NCBI GenBank assembly: GCA_020723365.1
Contig: DYJB01000002.1
Span: 7,749 to 57,717, forward strand
Direction of reading: 5' to 3'
Length of the DNA stretch: 49,969 nucleotides
Source: Candidatus Aquidulcis sp.
Lineage (GTDB): Bacteria > Chloroflexota > Anaerolineae > Anaerolineales > E44-bin32
A program made the translations under genes and the position numbers. The notes under the pieces are model-generated. The model was not told the origin of the DNA. It searched no databases and saw only the letters and a list, made by a program, of their open reading frames with translations. Shown piece after piece: positions 8,934 to 18,216 of this stretch (position 1 is its first letter; each line of letters starts with the position of its first letter).

Positions 8934-9434
8934 ATGCCCAGGCACGGCGGAATCCCTCTGCTCTTGCTGTTGACCTGCGGACTGGCGCTGGCCGGCTGTG
9001 CCGCGCCAGCACCGAGCCCGGCAGCTGACGAGGCCGCGGGCGCTCAGGAGGCGCTGACGTCCTTCCTGGGCCTGCTGGCCGAAGGGCGGTACGACCAGGC
9101 GGCGGCGATGTACGCGGGTCCGCTTGACTCGCTGTACAGCTTCAACCCGGAGCTCGAACCTCAGGATGGCGCTGCGCTGATCGGGTATGCCTGCGGCCAG
9201 CGCCTGCTGCAGTGCCTGCCGGTGCGTTCGATCAGCCTGGCGGAGGCACCGGCGGGAGAGGACATACTCTTCAAGGTCGAGTTCAACCTCGAGGACGGCT
9301 CGCTGTTCGTCCTCGGCCCATGCTGCGGGGCGACGTCGACGGAGATGCCGCCGGTCTCAAGCTTCGAATTTCGCGTCCGGCCGGACTCCGCCGGAGGCTA
9401 CTCCGTCCTGGACCTGCCGCCGTACGTTCCTTGA
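8934..9434 (+). CDS. Hypothetical lipoprotein
   Basis: Lipobox-like LALAGC signal peptide, GGAGGG RBS, TATAAT at 8902-8907, GC3-rich frame. Confidence 0.6.
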   Translation: MPRHGGIPLLLLLTCGLALAGCAAPAPSPAADEAAGAQEALTSFLGLLAEGRYDQAAAMYAGPLDSLYSFNPELEPQDGAALIGYACGQRLLQCLPVRSISLAEAPAGEDILFKVEFNLEDGSLFVLGPCCGATSTEMPPVSSFEFRVRPDSAGGYSVLDLPPYVP

Positions 9435-9509
9435 GCCTGACCCGACGCGCGCTGTCCCGTCCGGTCGCCGGCCGGCGCACAGCTCCATCCTCGATCCGGG
9501 AGTCATGGC

Positions 9510-10910
9510 ATGCCCACCCGCCTCCGAACGCAGTACGTCTGCCAGCAGTGCGGCCGGACCGCCGCCCGGGAGCTCGGCCGCTGCCCGCAGTGCGGGGCGT
9601 GGAACAGCATGGTCGGCGAGGCGGTAGCTCCTCCCAAGCCGCGGCGTGTGGGGACTCCCACGTCTGGCAGCCGCCGGGCGCCGCAGAGGCTGGCGGAAAT
9701 CGAGGGCGAGGCCGAAGCCCGGCTGGCCCTCCCGATCGAGGAGTTCGCGCGAGTGCTCGGCGGCGGGATCGTGCCGGCCTCGGTCGTGCTGGTGGGCGGC
9801 GAGCCCGGCATTGGCAAGTCGACGCTGCTGCTGCAGATGGCCGTCCAGATGGCTCACCACGGTCCGGTGCTGTACGTTTCGGGGGAGGAGTCCGAGCGCC
9901 AGATCAAGGCCAGAGCGCAGCGGCTGTTCGGCGCGCAGGGCGTGCCGGACGGGCTGTTTCTGTACAGTGAGACCGACCTGGAGTCCATCATCCATCACCT
10001 GGAGAGCCTGCAGCCGATCCTGGCGGTGATCGATTCGATCCAGACCGTCTACCTGCCCGAGCTTGACTCCTCCGCCGGCTCGATCACGCAGGTGCGCGAC
10101 TGTGCCTCCCGGCTCCAGGCCGTGGCCAAGGCCGGCGGGACGGCCATCTTCCTGGTGGGCCATGTGACCAAAGAGGGCGCCATCGCCGGGCCCCGCGTGC
10201 TCGAGCACATCGTCGACACGGTCCTCTACCTCGAAGGCGATCCGTTCCACGCCTACCGCCTGTTGCGTTCGGTCAAGAATCGCTTTGGCGCTACGACCGA
10301 GGTGGGCGTGTTCGAGATGGGCGCCGGGGGCATGGCCGAGGTCCCCAATCCATCCGAGGCCTTCCTGGCCGAGCGCGTGGTCAACGCTCCGGGATCGGCC
10401 ATCGCCGTGACGATGGAGGGCACGCGCCCGCTGCTGGTGGAGGTCCAGGGCCTGACGAGCCCGACGAGCTTCGGACACCCGCGCCTCACCGCCAATGGCG
10501 TTGACCTGAACCGGCTGCTGCTGACAATCGCCGTGTTGACCCGGCGCGTCGGCCTGAAGCTGGCCGAGCAGGATGTGTTCGTCAACGTGGTCGGCGGGCT
10601 GCGGGTCGAGGAGCCGGCGGCGGACCTGGCGATTGCCGCCGCGCTGGCCTCCTCGGTATGGGACCGAGCATTGCCGGCGGACACGGCGCTGATCGGTGAG
10701 GTGGGCTTGTCCGGCGAGCTGCGCGCCGTCGGTCAGCTCCCGGCGCGCCTGCGCGAGGCGGCGCGGTTGGGGTTCCGACGCGCCATTGTGCCCGTGAGCC
10801 CACGCCTCGAGCGGGGTGGAGCCGAGAATCTGTCGGTGGTCGAAGCGCGCAGCGTGCGCGAGGCGCTGAGGCTGGCAGCGCCCGAGGGCCGGTCATCGAA
10901 CGAGGAGTGA
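9510..10910 (+). CDS. radA: DNA repair protein RadA
   Basis: N-terminal Zn ribbon CQQCG..CPQCGAWNS, Walker A GGEPGIGKSTLLLQ, KNRFG motif, Lon-like C-terminal domain. Confidence 0.92.
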   Translation: MPTRLRTQYVCQQCGRTAARELGRCPQCGAWNSMVGEAVAPPKPRRVGTPTSGSRRAPQRLAEIEGEAEARLALPIEEFARVLGGGIVPASVVLVGGEPGIGKSTLLLQMAVQMAHHGPVLYVSGEESERQIKARAQRLFGAQGVPDGLFLYSETDLESIIHHLESLQPILAVIDSIQTVYLPELDSSAGSITQVRDCASRLQAVAKAGGTAIFLVGHVTKEGAIAGPRVLEHIVDTVLYLEGDPFHAYRLLRSVKNRFGATTEVGVFEMGAGGMAEVPNPSEAFLAERVVNAPGSAIAVTMEGTRPLLVEVQGLTSPTSFGHPRLTANGVDLNRLLLTIAVLTRRVGLKLAEQDVFVNVVGGLRVEEPAADLAIAAALASSVWDRALPADTALIGEVGLSGELRAVGQLPARLREAARLGFRRAIVPVSPRLERGGAENLSVVEARSVREALRLAAPEGRSSNEE

Positions 10911-11428
10911 ACCCCGTCAGCCTGCGCGGGTCGCGCCGACGGGCCCGATTCTGGCGAGCAGAGATTCCGGAGTTTCCTTCGGACCGCCCTTGCCGCGAGG
11001 GAGGCGTCCTCGATTTAAGGTATCCACTCTCCGTAAGGATCCCCGCAGTGGGGGCCGCGTTCTATGCCACATCTGGGCGGCGATCGGGGGAGGAGTGCGC
11101 ATGTGGGACGCAGGCGCGTGGTGTGGCTGCGCGCAACAAGCGCGGCAGCGGCGCTCCCTGCGGCGTGTCGTTAACAAAGCGGCGCCTTAAAACATCGGTT
11201 GTTTTTAGGTTGTCGACGCTCAAACACCTTGAAGCCGGCGCGTGGGTTTGCTAGAATGCACTTGTTGATCGATCGATGGTCCATGCCGGCGATACGTTGA
11301 TCGATCCTCGCGGGTAGCCGTCTCCCCGACGGTGGTTAGCCACAGGTCGCAGGCAGTTGGGTGTCCGAACCGGGGCGGGCGCGTTTCCGCCCAAGGGGAA
11401 TCTGCGTCCCGGTTCCTGGGAGAATCGC
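10911..11428. other. radA-dnaA intergenic region: weak oriC / dnaA control region candidate
   Basis: 518 nt with no convincing ORF. DnaA-box-like GTATCCACT (11020-11028, 7/9) and TTAGCCACA (11336-11344, 8/9). Relatively AT-rich stretch at 11171-11230. GTTGATCGATC occurs twice. Confidence 0.25.
11249..11257 (+). promoter_or_regulatory. Extended -10 (TGCTAGAAT) upstream of dnaA
   Basis: TGnTAGAAT lies 172 nt upstream of ATG 11429. Confidence 0.4.
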
Positions 11429-12772
11429 ATGAGCGCGGAGCGTCTTTGGCAGGCGGCCCTGGGGCAACTCCAGATGGAGATGCCGCGTGCGACGTTCGAT
11501 ACCTGGGTCCGCGACGCCGAGCTCCTGGCTCACGAGGATGGGGCCTACATCATCGGGGTGCAGAACGCCTACGCCCGCGACTGGCTCGAAGACCGGATGC
11601 TGGCGACGGTCAAGCGCGTGCTGACCGGGCTGGCGGGCCGCACGGTCGAGGTGCGTTTCGTCGTCTGGCAGGGTGAGCCCTCGGACGAGCCGGCTGCGGC
11701 GGCGGTTCCCTCCCCGGCGGCGGCCTCCCCGCTGAGGACTTCCTCGGTCCCGCTGAACCCGCGCTACTCCTTCGAGAACTTCGTGGTTGGGCCGAGCAAC
11801 CGCCTGGCGCATGCCGCCTCGATGGCGGTGGCCGAGAATCCGGCCCGGGCCTACAACCCGTTGTTCCTGTACGGCGGGGTGGGATTGGGAAAGACCCACC
11901 TGCTGCACGCCGTGGGCAATACCACCGCCGCCCAGGGTCTGCAGGTGCTGTACGTCTCATCGGAAGACTTCACCAACGACTTGATCAACGCCATCCGCAG
12001 CCACACGACCGAGGCCTTCCGCGAGCGCTACCGCCGCATCGACGTGCTGCTGATCGATGACATCCAGTTTATCGCCGGCAAGGAGTCGACCCAGGAGGAG
12101 TTCTTCCACACCTTCAACGCGCTTCACGGGCAGGACAAGCAGCTGGTCATCTCGTCCGATCGCCCGCCGAAGGCGCTGGTCACGCTCGAGGAGCGGCTGC
12201 GCTCACGCTTCGAGTGGGGACTGACGGCCGACATCCAGCCCCCGGACCTCGAGACCCGGCTGGCGATCCTGCGCTCCAAGGCGGAACGGGCCGGCAGGGT
12301 GGTCGATGACCTGCATCTGGAGCTGGTTGCCCGGCGGGTGCAATCCAACATCCGCGAGCTGGAAGGCGCGCTGACGCGGGTGCTGGCCTACTCGGACCTG
12401 AGCAACCAGCCCCTTTCGACGGACCTGATCGAGATCGCCCTGGCGGACCTGCTGCCCCGCCCCGGGGCGCTGACGGCCGACCGCATCATCGCCGCCGTCG
12501 CCGAGTACTTCGACCTGCCCGAGGCGGACCTGCTGGGCCGCGGGCGCTCGCGGGACGTGGCGCTGCCGCGCCAGATCGCCATGTACCTGATGCGCGAGGA
12601 GACCCAGGCGTCGCTGCCGCAGATCGGCGAATCGCTGGGCGGGCGCGATCACACCACGATCATGTACGGCTGCGACAAGATCATCGCGCAGCTGGAGACC
12701 GACGATGGAATGCGCCGGAAGGTGGCCGCCATCCGCGAGGCGCTCTACAACCGAGTTCGCCAGCCCGGCTAG
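11429..12772 (+). CDS. dnaA: Chromosomal replication initiator protein DnaA
   Basis: MSAERLWQAALGQL N-terminus with GGGAGA RBS 5 nt upstream. Walker A GGVGLGKTHLLHA, LLIDDIQF, and the C-terminal DNA-binding helix (HTTIMYGCDKI). Confidence 0.95.
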   Translation: MSAERLWQAALGQLQMEMPRATFDTWVRDAELLAHEDGAYIIGVQNAYARDWLEDRMLATVKRVLTGLAGRTVEVRFVVWQGEPSDEPAAAAVPSPAAASPLRTSSVPLNPRYSFENFVVGPSNRLAHAASMAVAENPARAYNPLFLYGGVGLGKTHLLHAVGNTTAAQGLQVLYVSSEDFTNDLINAIRSHTTEAFRERYRRIDVLLIDDIQFIAGKESTQEEFFHTFNALHGQDKQLVISSDRPPKALVTLEERLRSRFEWGLTADIQPPDLETRLAILRSKAERAGRVVDDLHLELVARRVQSNIRELEGALTRVLAYSDLSNQPLSTDLIEIALADLLPRPGALTADRIIAAVAEYFDLPEADLLGRGRSRDVALPRQIAMYLMREETQASLPQIGESLGGRDHTTIMYGCDKIIAQLETDDGMRRKVAAIREALYNRVRQPG

Positions 12773-12800
12773 ATCGCCCCTTCCGTAAAGGTCGAATGCA

Positions 12801-12832
12801 GCGTCGCGCGGCCCCACGGGGCCGCGCGACGC
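12801..12832. terminator. 15-bp GC hairpin between convergent dnaA and priA
   Basis: GCGTCGCGCGGCCCC-AC-GGGGCCGCGCGACGC. No clear U tract. Confidence 0.5.
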
Positions 12833-13002
12833 GCTTCAGGCAACCAGGACGGGGAACGACGCCGTTCGCGTCTCATGCGTGGGGGGCGGGATGGCGAAGG
12901 GCGTGGCGCCGCTCCGGCCAAGCAGCGCCGGCTTCTGCCGGGCTGCAACGCGATCCCGCGCTGCTGAGGCGCCCGTGCCCAGGTGCGGTTGATCGGGCCG
13001 GG

Positions 13003-15456
13003 CTACAACAGCGTGACGGGATCGACGTCGATCGTCCAGCCCTGGGGCAAGGCAGCCGGGAGGAACGAGCGCGGGTCGGCCGCGCGCAGGACCAATTGCC
13101 AGCGATAGTCGCCTCGAACGCGTTCGAAGAAGCACGGCGCCGGGCCGATCAGGTCGCTTGGAGAGCCGGCCTCCTGGAGCGCCCGGCGGACGAGACGCCC
13201 CAGGCGCTGGGCTTCCCGCTGAGCCCGCTCCGGATCGGCGTTCCGGTAGACCAGCCGCGTCAGCCGCACGAAGGGCGGGTACTCGAGCTCCCGCCGCCGG
13301 TCCAGTTCCTGGCGGTAGAAGGCATCGTAGTCGTGGTGCGAGGCGGCGACGATGGCTTCGTGGTCGGGGTGGTAGGTCTGCAGGAGGACGCGCCCGCCGA
13401 GCAGTCCGCGGCCGGCGCGCCCGGCGACCTGGGTCAGCACCTGGAAGGTGCGCTCGGCGGCGCGAAAGTCGGGGAGGTGCAGGCCGGTGTCGGCCGAGAT
13501 CACGCCGACCAGCGTCACCAGGGGAAGGTCGAGCCCCTTAGCGATCATCTGCGTGCCGATGAGGACGTCGGCCCGGTGCGCCGCAAAGTGCGCCAGCAGC
13601 ACCTCATGCGAGCCGCGAGCGCGGGTGGCGTCGGCATCCCAGCGCAGGGCCTGCGCTCCGGGGAAGCGTGAGGCGAGTTCGTCCTGCACGCGCTGCGTGC
13701 CGGCGCCGAAGTAGCGCACGCGGCTCCCTCCGCAGTCGGGGCAGGACAGCGGCGGCCGGCGCCGGTAGGCGCAGCGATGACAGATCAGCGCCTCCTGTCC
13801 GGGGTGATGGGTGAGCGGGATGGCGCAGCGCGGGCAGCGCGCCACCCAGCCGCAGTCGCGGCAGAAGACGAACGTGGCCTCCCCGCGTCGGTTCAGGAAC
13901 AGGATCGCCTGCTCCTTCGCCTCGAGGGTCTCCTGCAAGGCCTGCTGCAGGGGCCGGCTGAACAGCGAAGTGTTGCCGGCCTTGAGTTCCTGGCGCATGT
14001 CGACCACGCGCACCGGCGGCAGGTCGGCGCCGTGGGCTTCGTGTTCCATCCGGGCATAGCGCGGCGTGACGCCCAGGCGCCGGGACTGGGCCGCGAGCCG
14101 GCGCTGGTGTCCGAGGATACGCTGCGGAAGCCGCACCCGGTCGATGTGTCCAAGATCGGCCAGGTAGGAGGTCTCCAGATCGGGTGTGGCGCTGCCGAGC
14201 AGGCAGACCGCTCCCGTTCGGCGTGCGTACTCGATGGCGACGGCGCGGGCATGGTAGCGTGGCTCCTGGCCCTGTTCCTTGTAGGACTCGTCGTGTTCCT
14301 CGTCAAGGACGATCAATCCCAGGTCGGGCAGGGGGGCAAAGAGGGCGCTGCGAGGGCCAATGACGATGGGAAGCTGGCCGGAGCGGCAGCGGCGCCAGGT
14401 GTCGTAGCGCTCGCCCTCGGTCAGGAGCGAGTGCAGCAGGCCGATCCGGCCGGGGAAGCGCGCGGCGACGCGGGCGACCGTGAGCGGTGTCAGGGCGATC
14501 TCGGGCACGAGCAGGATGGCCGTCCGTCGGCGCTGCAGGGCGTGCTCGATGGCACGCAGGTAGATCTCCGTCTTTCCGGAGCCGGTCACGCCGTGAAGCA
14601 GGATCGGGCGCTGCGGATCGTCGAAGGCGGCGGAGACGCTCTCCCAGGCGTGCGCCTGATCGGCGGTCAGGCGCGGGGGCTCGCTCGGGAGGAAGTCGGC
14701 GGAGGCCAGCGGATCGCGCCACACCTCCGTCTCGCCCACGACGACCAGGTCATGCTCCTCCAGGAAGCGCAGGTCCTCGGCCGTGGCGCGCGTCTCAGCG
14801 TAGACCCAATCGACCTGCAGCGTGGTCGGCTCGCGCGAGAGCAGGTCGAGCACCGCTCGCCGGCGGGCATCGGATTCAGGCGAGCGGCCCAGCCGCTCGG
14901 CGGCCGCCTGCGGCGAGGCGGCCAGCGTGATGGTGCGGATGCGGCGCGGGCGCAGGCGCGGGGCGTCGAGGATCGACTCGTGCGCCACCGCCCCGCGGCG
15001 GGAGAGGCTCTCCAGCGTGCGGCGCCAGTCCTGGCGCAGCGGGCCGCGCTCGCGCAGCAGGTCGAGCACGCGCTTCTCGATCGGCGTGCGGGGTTCGGCT
15101 TCCGGATCCACCAGCGTGTAGCGCTGATCGGCCTGCTGGGCCAGCCCGGGGGGCAGCATCAGCGTCAGGCAGTCGATCAGCGGCGACAGCGTCCGCTCGG
15201 CGATCCAGGTCGCCAGCTCCAGTTGCTGCGGCCGCAGGACCGGCAGGGGATCGACGAGCGCTTCGACCGGGCGAGTCTCCGGCACCTCGGGCGTCGCCAC
15301 TCTCCGGACGACGACGCCATGGACTCGGCGAGGGCCGAAAGGGACGGTGACCAGATGCCCGGGCGCGAGGCGTCCCTCCAGGTCGGGCGGCACGTGGTAA
15401 TGGAACGACCCCCGCGCCGGGGGATGGTTGACGACGACCTCGACGTAGTCGGTCAT
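13003..15456 (-). CDS. priA: Primosomal protein N-prime (replication restart helicase PriA)
   Basis: LLHGVTGSGKTEIYL, DEEHD, Cys-rich Zn-binding insert CRDCGW..CPRC..CHRC..CPDCGG. Confidence 0.92.
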   Translation of the reverse strand: MTDYVEVVVNHPPARGSFHYHVPPDLEGRLAPGHLVTVPFGPRRVHGVVVRRVATPEVPETRPVEALVDPLPVLRPQQLELATWIAERTLSPLIDCLTLMLPPGLAQQADQRYTLVDPEAEPRTPIEKRVLDLLRERGPLRQDWRRTLESLSRRGAVAHESILDAPRLRPRRIRTITLAASPQAAAERLGRSPESDARRRAVLDLLSREPTTLQVDWVYAETRATAEDLRFLEEHDLVVVGETEVWRDPLASADFLPSEPPRLTADQAHAWESVSAAFDDPQRPILLHGVTGSGKTEIYLRAIEHALQRRRTAILLVPEIALTPLTVARVAARFPGRIGLLHSLLTEGERYDTWRRCRSGQLPIVIGPRSALFAPLPDLGLIVLDEEHDESYKEQGQEPRYHARAVAIEYARRTGAVCLLGSATPDLETSYLADLGHIDRVRLPQRILGHQRRLAAQSRRLGVTPRYARMEHEAHGADLPPVRVVDMRQELKAGNTSLFSRPLQQALQETLEAKEQAILFLNRRGEATFVFCRDCGWVARCPRCAIPLTHHPGQEALICHRCAYRRRPPLSCPDCGGSRVRYFGAGTQRVQDELASRFPGAQALRWDADATRARGSHEVLLAHFAAHRADVLIGTQMIAKGLDLPLVTLVGVISADTGLHLPDFRAAERTFQVLTQVAGRAGRGLLGGRVLLQTYHPDHEAIVAASHHDYDAFYRQELDRRRELEYPPFVRLTRLVYRNADPERAQREAQRLGRLVRRALQEAGSPSDLIGPAPCFFERVRGDYRWQLVLRAADPRSFLPAALPQGWTIDVDPVTLL

Positions 15457-16787
15457 TCGGCGGACGGCGGAGGCGAGGCGGCCGGGAGCAGCGACAAGCG
15501 GGCGATGCGCAGCCCATCCATCGATTCGACCCGCAGCTGCGCCTCGCCGATCGCCACCGTGTCGCCCACGCGCGCCATCCGCCCCAGCCGACCGAGCATG
15601 TAGCCGGCGATCGTATCGTAGTGAGGGTCGGCGAGCGACAGCCGGAAGCGCTCATTGACCTCCACGATGGGCGTCAGCCCGTCGAGGATGACCGAGCCGT
15701 CCTGCCGCGGCTCGATCTGAGCTTCGGTGTCGAACGGGTCCCGCATCTCGCCGACGATTTCCTCCAGCAGGTCCTCGAGCGTGACCAGCCCGGCGGTGCC
15801 GCCATATTCGTCGAGCACGATCGCCAGGTGCTGGCGGCGGGCGCGGAAGCGGCGCAGCAGGTCGCTGATGCGCACCGTGTCGGGCGCGAAGAGCGTCTCG
15901 CGCATCAACTGCCGGGCCGTGATGGCGGCGGGGTCGGGCCGGCGGGAGGCGACCAGTGCGTCCTGCAGATGGACGACCCCGATGACGTGATCGAGATCGC
16001 CCTCGTACACCGGGAGCTTGCTGACCGGGCTGCCGGCCACGGTGCGCAGGATGTCGTCGAGCGTAGCCTGCGCCGGGACGGCGACGACCTCGGTGCGCGG
16101 CACCATCACCTGCCGCACGAGCGTGTCGCCGAAGTCGAGCACGGCGTGCACCATCTCCTCCTCGTCGTCGTGCACCACGCCGCTGTCGGCGCTGGCCGAC
16201 ACCAGCATCTTGAGCTCCTCGACCGAGTGGGCCAGATCGGCCGGCGATGCGCTGCGCACGCCCAGCAGGCGGGCAAAGGCCTGGCCGGCGAGGTTGAGGA
16301 GCCAGGTGATCGGCCGGACGACGATGGCGGCGGCCAGGATCGGCCGGGCAACCAGCCGGGCCGTGCGCTCGGGGTCCTGAAGGGCGACAGCCTTGGGCGC
16401 CAGTTCGCCGGCGACCACCAGGACGAAGGTCGTCACGGCGAAAGCCAGCGCGGAGGAAAGGCCAAAGGCGAAGCCGGTCTGCCAGCCCTGTGGCAGGCGC
16501 TGCAGGGCGGAGTCGAACAGGCGGGCGACGACGGGCTCGGCCAGCCACCCCAGCGCCAGCCCGACAGTGGTGATTCCGAGCTGGGTGGTGGCGATGAAAC
16601 GGCCCGTGTCCTGCAGGGCGCGCTGGACCCAGCGCGCCGGCGGATCGCCTTGTGCGACGAGCTCGTCGACGCGCGTACGCCGGATGCGCACGATGGCGAA
16701 TTCAGCGGCCACGAGAAGGGCGTTGAGCAGAATCAGACCCGCGACCGCCAGCAGTCCCAGGATATCGGTCAACGGTTCGCTTGGCAT
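15453..16787 (-). CDS. DUF21/CBS-pair/CorC_HlyC family membrane protein (hemolysin-like, TlyC/CorC type)
   Basis: N-terminal TM region (AEFAIV), CBS pair and a C-terminal CorC_HlyC-like domain. 4-nt overlap with the priA start. Confidence 0.85.
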   Translation of the reverse strand: MPSEPLTDILGLLAVAGLILLNALLVAAEFAIVRIRRTRVDELVAQGDPPARWVQRALQDTGRFIATTQLGITTVGLALGWLAEPVVARLFDSALQRLPQGWQTGFAFGLSSALAFAVTTFVLVVAGELAPKAVALQDPERTARLVARPILAAAIVVRPITWLLNLAGQAFARLLGVRSASPADLAHSVEELKMLVSASADSGVVHDDEEEMVHAVLDFGDTLVRQVMVPRTEVVAVPAQATLDDILRTVAGSPVSKLPVYEGDLDHVIGVVHLQDALVASRRPDPAAITARQLMRETLFAPDTVRISDLLRRFRARRQHLAIVLDEYGGTAGLVTLEDLLEEIVGEMRDPFDTEAQIEPRQDGSVILDGLTPIVEVNERFRLSLADPHYDTIAGYMLGRLGRMARVGDTVAIGEAQLRVESMDGLRIARLSLLPAASPPPSAE

Positions 16788-16814
16788 GGTGTGGGTGAGA
16801 GGCGGGGCGAAGGA

Positions 16815-17654
16815 TCAGCCATGCTGCCCCCGCGTGACGGCCGCAGCTCCGTACCCGACGACCGAGGCCGTGTCGCCGGTGACCTCGCCGGAGTTGGCGT
16901 AGCCGAGCAGATGGACGCGTGAAGCGCCGAGGCCCCGCGCCGCCCACAGTACGGCAGCGATGGCGGCGCGCCCGCAGGCGAAGCCTTTCCCCTGCGCCTC
17001 GGCCTCGATCACGCCGCCTGGGTCGAACGCTTCCACCTGAGCCAGCAAGTAGGCATCCAGGCTTCGGGCGACGGCGTCCGGGTAGAAGTGCGAGAGGTCC
17101 GAGCTGGCTACCAGCAGGCAGGACCGGCCGTTCAGCGCCGAGGCCAGGGCGCTGCCCAGAGCCTCCGCCGTCGCCGCGCTCTGATCGCGCAACATCAGCG
17201 GCACCAGGCGGAAGGGTCCGGCCAGGGCGCGTTGCAGAAAGGGGAGCTCGATCTCGAGCGAGTGCTCGGCGTCCTGGGCCACCCGTTCGAGGCGCAGGCC
17301 GGCCGGTAGGGAGGCCTCCACGGCGTCCAGCAGCTCGCCGTCGACGGCAACGATGCCGAGCGGGGTCTGATAGGCAGGGTGGGCGCTGGTCAGGATGCGG
17401 CCCGGGTAGGGCTGATGCATTGGCGAGACCACGACGACCGTCTCGACCGCGATGCCGCGCAGGAGATGGAAGGCCTGGCAGGCGACCGCTCCGGAGTAGC
17501 GGTGGCCGGCGTGGGGAACGATCAGGGCCACGAGGTCGCCGGCGGGGCGGGCGGAGGTGGCGGCGGCGAGTTGGGCGTCGACGGAGCGTGCCAGCGCCTG
17601 GGGAGACCCCGGGTACCACGTGCCGGCGATCGGAGACGGGCGAGGTTGATCCAT
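16815..17654 (-). CDS. MEMO1-family protein (AmmeMemoRadiSam system protein B-like)
   Basis: Start moved to ATG 17654 (MDQPRPSPIAGTWYPG). IVPHAGHRYSG and DLSHFY motifs. Confidence 0.8.
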   Translation of the reverse strand: MDQPRPSPIAGTWYPGSPQALARSVDAQLAAATSARPAGDLVALIVPHAGHRYSGAVACQAFHLLRGIAVETVVVVSPMHQPYPGRILTSAHPAYQTPLGIVAVDGELLDAVEASLPAGLRLERVAQDAEHSLEIELPFLQRALAGPFRLVPLMLRDQSAATAEALGSALASALNGRSCLLVASSDLSHFYPDAVARSLDAYLLAQVEAFDPGGVIEAEAQGKGFACGRAAIAAVLWAARGLGASRVHLLGYANSGEVTGDTASVVGYGAAAVTRGQHG

Positions 17655-17777
17655 GCCGGGGGGCCGACTTTGGCGAGCTGATTGTAGCACAGCGATTCCG
17701 CATGCCTCCCGGAGACCGCCGCTCGAAGGTGGGGATGGCCGATGCAGCATCGTCGAGCGGCCCGGGCAGGCAGGGCC

Positions 17778-17806
17778 TTGACAGCTAGCAGGCGTGAGTC
17801 TACAAT
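17778..17806 (+). promoter_or_regulatory. Near-consensus sigma-70 promoter (TTGACA - 17 nt - TACAAT)
   Basis: -35 at 17778-17783 and -10 at 17801-17806. Confidence 0.6.
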
Positions 17807-17809
17807 GAT

Positions 17810-17823
17810 AGAACAAATGTTCT
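17810..17823. promoter_or_regulatory. LexA/DinR-type SOS box candidate (AGAAC-AAAT-GTTCT)
   Basis: Perfect GAAC-N4-GTTC inverted repeat starting 4 nt after the -10 hexamer, over the expected transcription start. Confidence 0.55.
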
Positions 17824-17970
17824 CTCCGCCCGGCCCTTGGACGACAGCCAGCGATAGCCGGGCCGGGTCAAAGGAGATGACCGGGGCAACCGCCACCTGG
17901 CGTTCGAGGGCAGCCTTCGGGGTGCGAACCTTGGGGGCGGGAGCGGGCAAGCTGGCTGGGAAGGTGCGAC

Positions 17971-18207
17971 ATGAAGGTTGGCATGCTGTGGTTCGACGGC
18001 AAGGACGTGGACGATGTGGGGCCGAGAGTGCAGGCGGCGGCCAGCTACTATCGGGACAAGTACGGGCGGGCGCCGACCGTGTGCTTTCTGCATCCCTCGA
18101 TGATGGGCGAGGTCAGGTTGGCGCAGGTGGACGGCGTGCACCTGCGCCCCAGCGACTCGATCCTGCGCGGCCACTTGTGGCTGGGGGTTGAAGAGCAGGG
18201 GGCCTGA
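17971..18207 (+). CDS. Hypothetical 78-aa protein
   Basis: GGAAGGTG RBS. The frame is strongly GC3-rich, unlike the overlapping 149-aa ORF. No family recognised. Confidence 0.55.
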   Translation: MKVGMLWFDGKDVDDVGPRVQAAASYYRDKYGRAPTVCFLHPSMMGEVRLAQVDGVHLRPSDSILRGHLWLGVEEQGA

Positions 18208-18216
18208 CCCGCAGCG

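Noticed and set aside
13777-15603. 608-aa ORF on the + strand
   Set aside because: It is antisense to priA (helicase and Zn-finger motifs on the minus strand). The composition is low complexity.
17815-17970. Known riboswitch (ZTP, c-di-GMP, cobalamin) in the leader after the LexA-type box
   Set aside because: None of the conserved cores I remember is present (for example GCCACTG, the CCGCCTGGGC pseudoknot strand, or GEMM tetraloop-receptor sequences). The region is left as an unexplained leader within the SOS-box finding.
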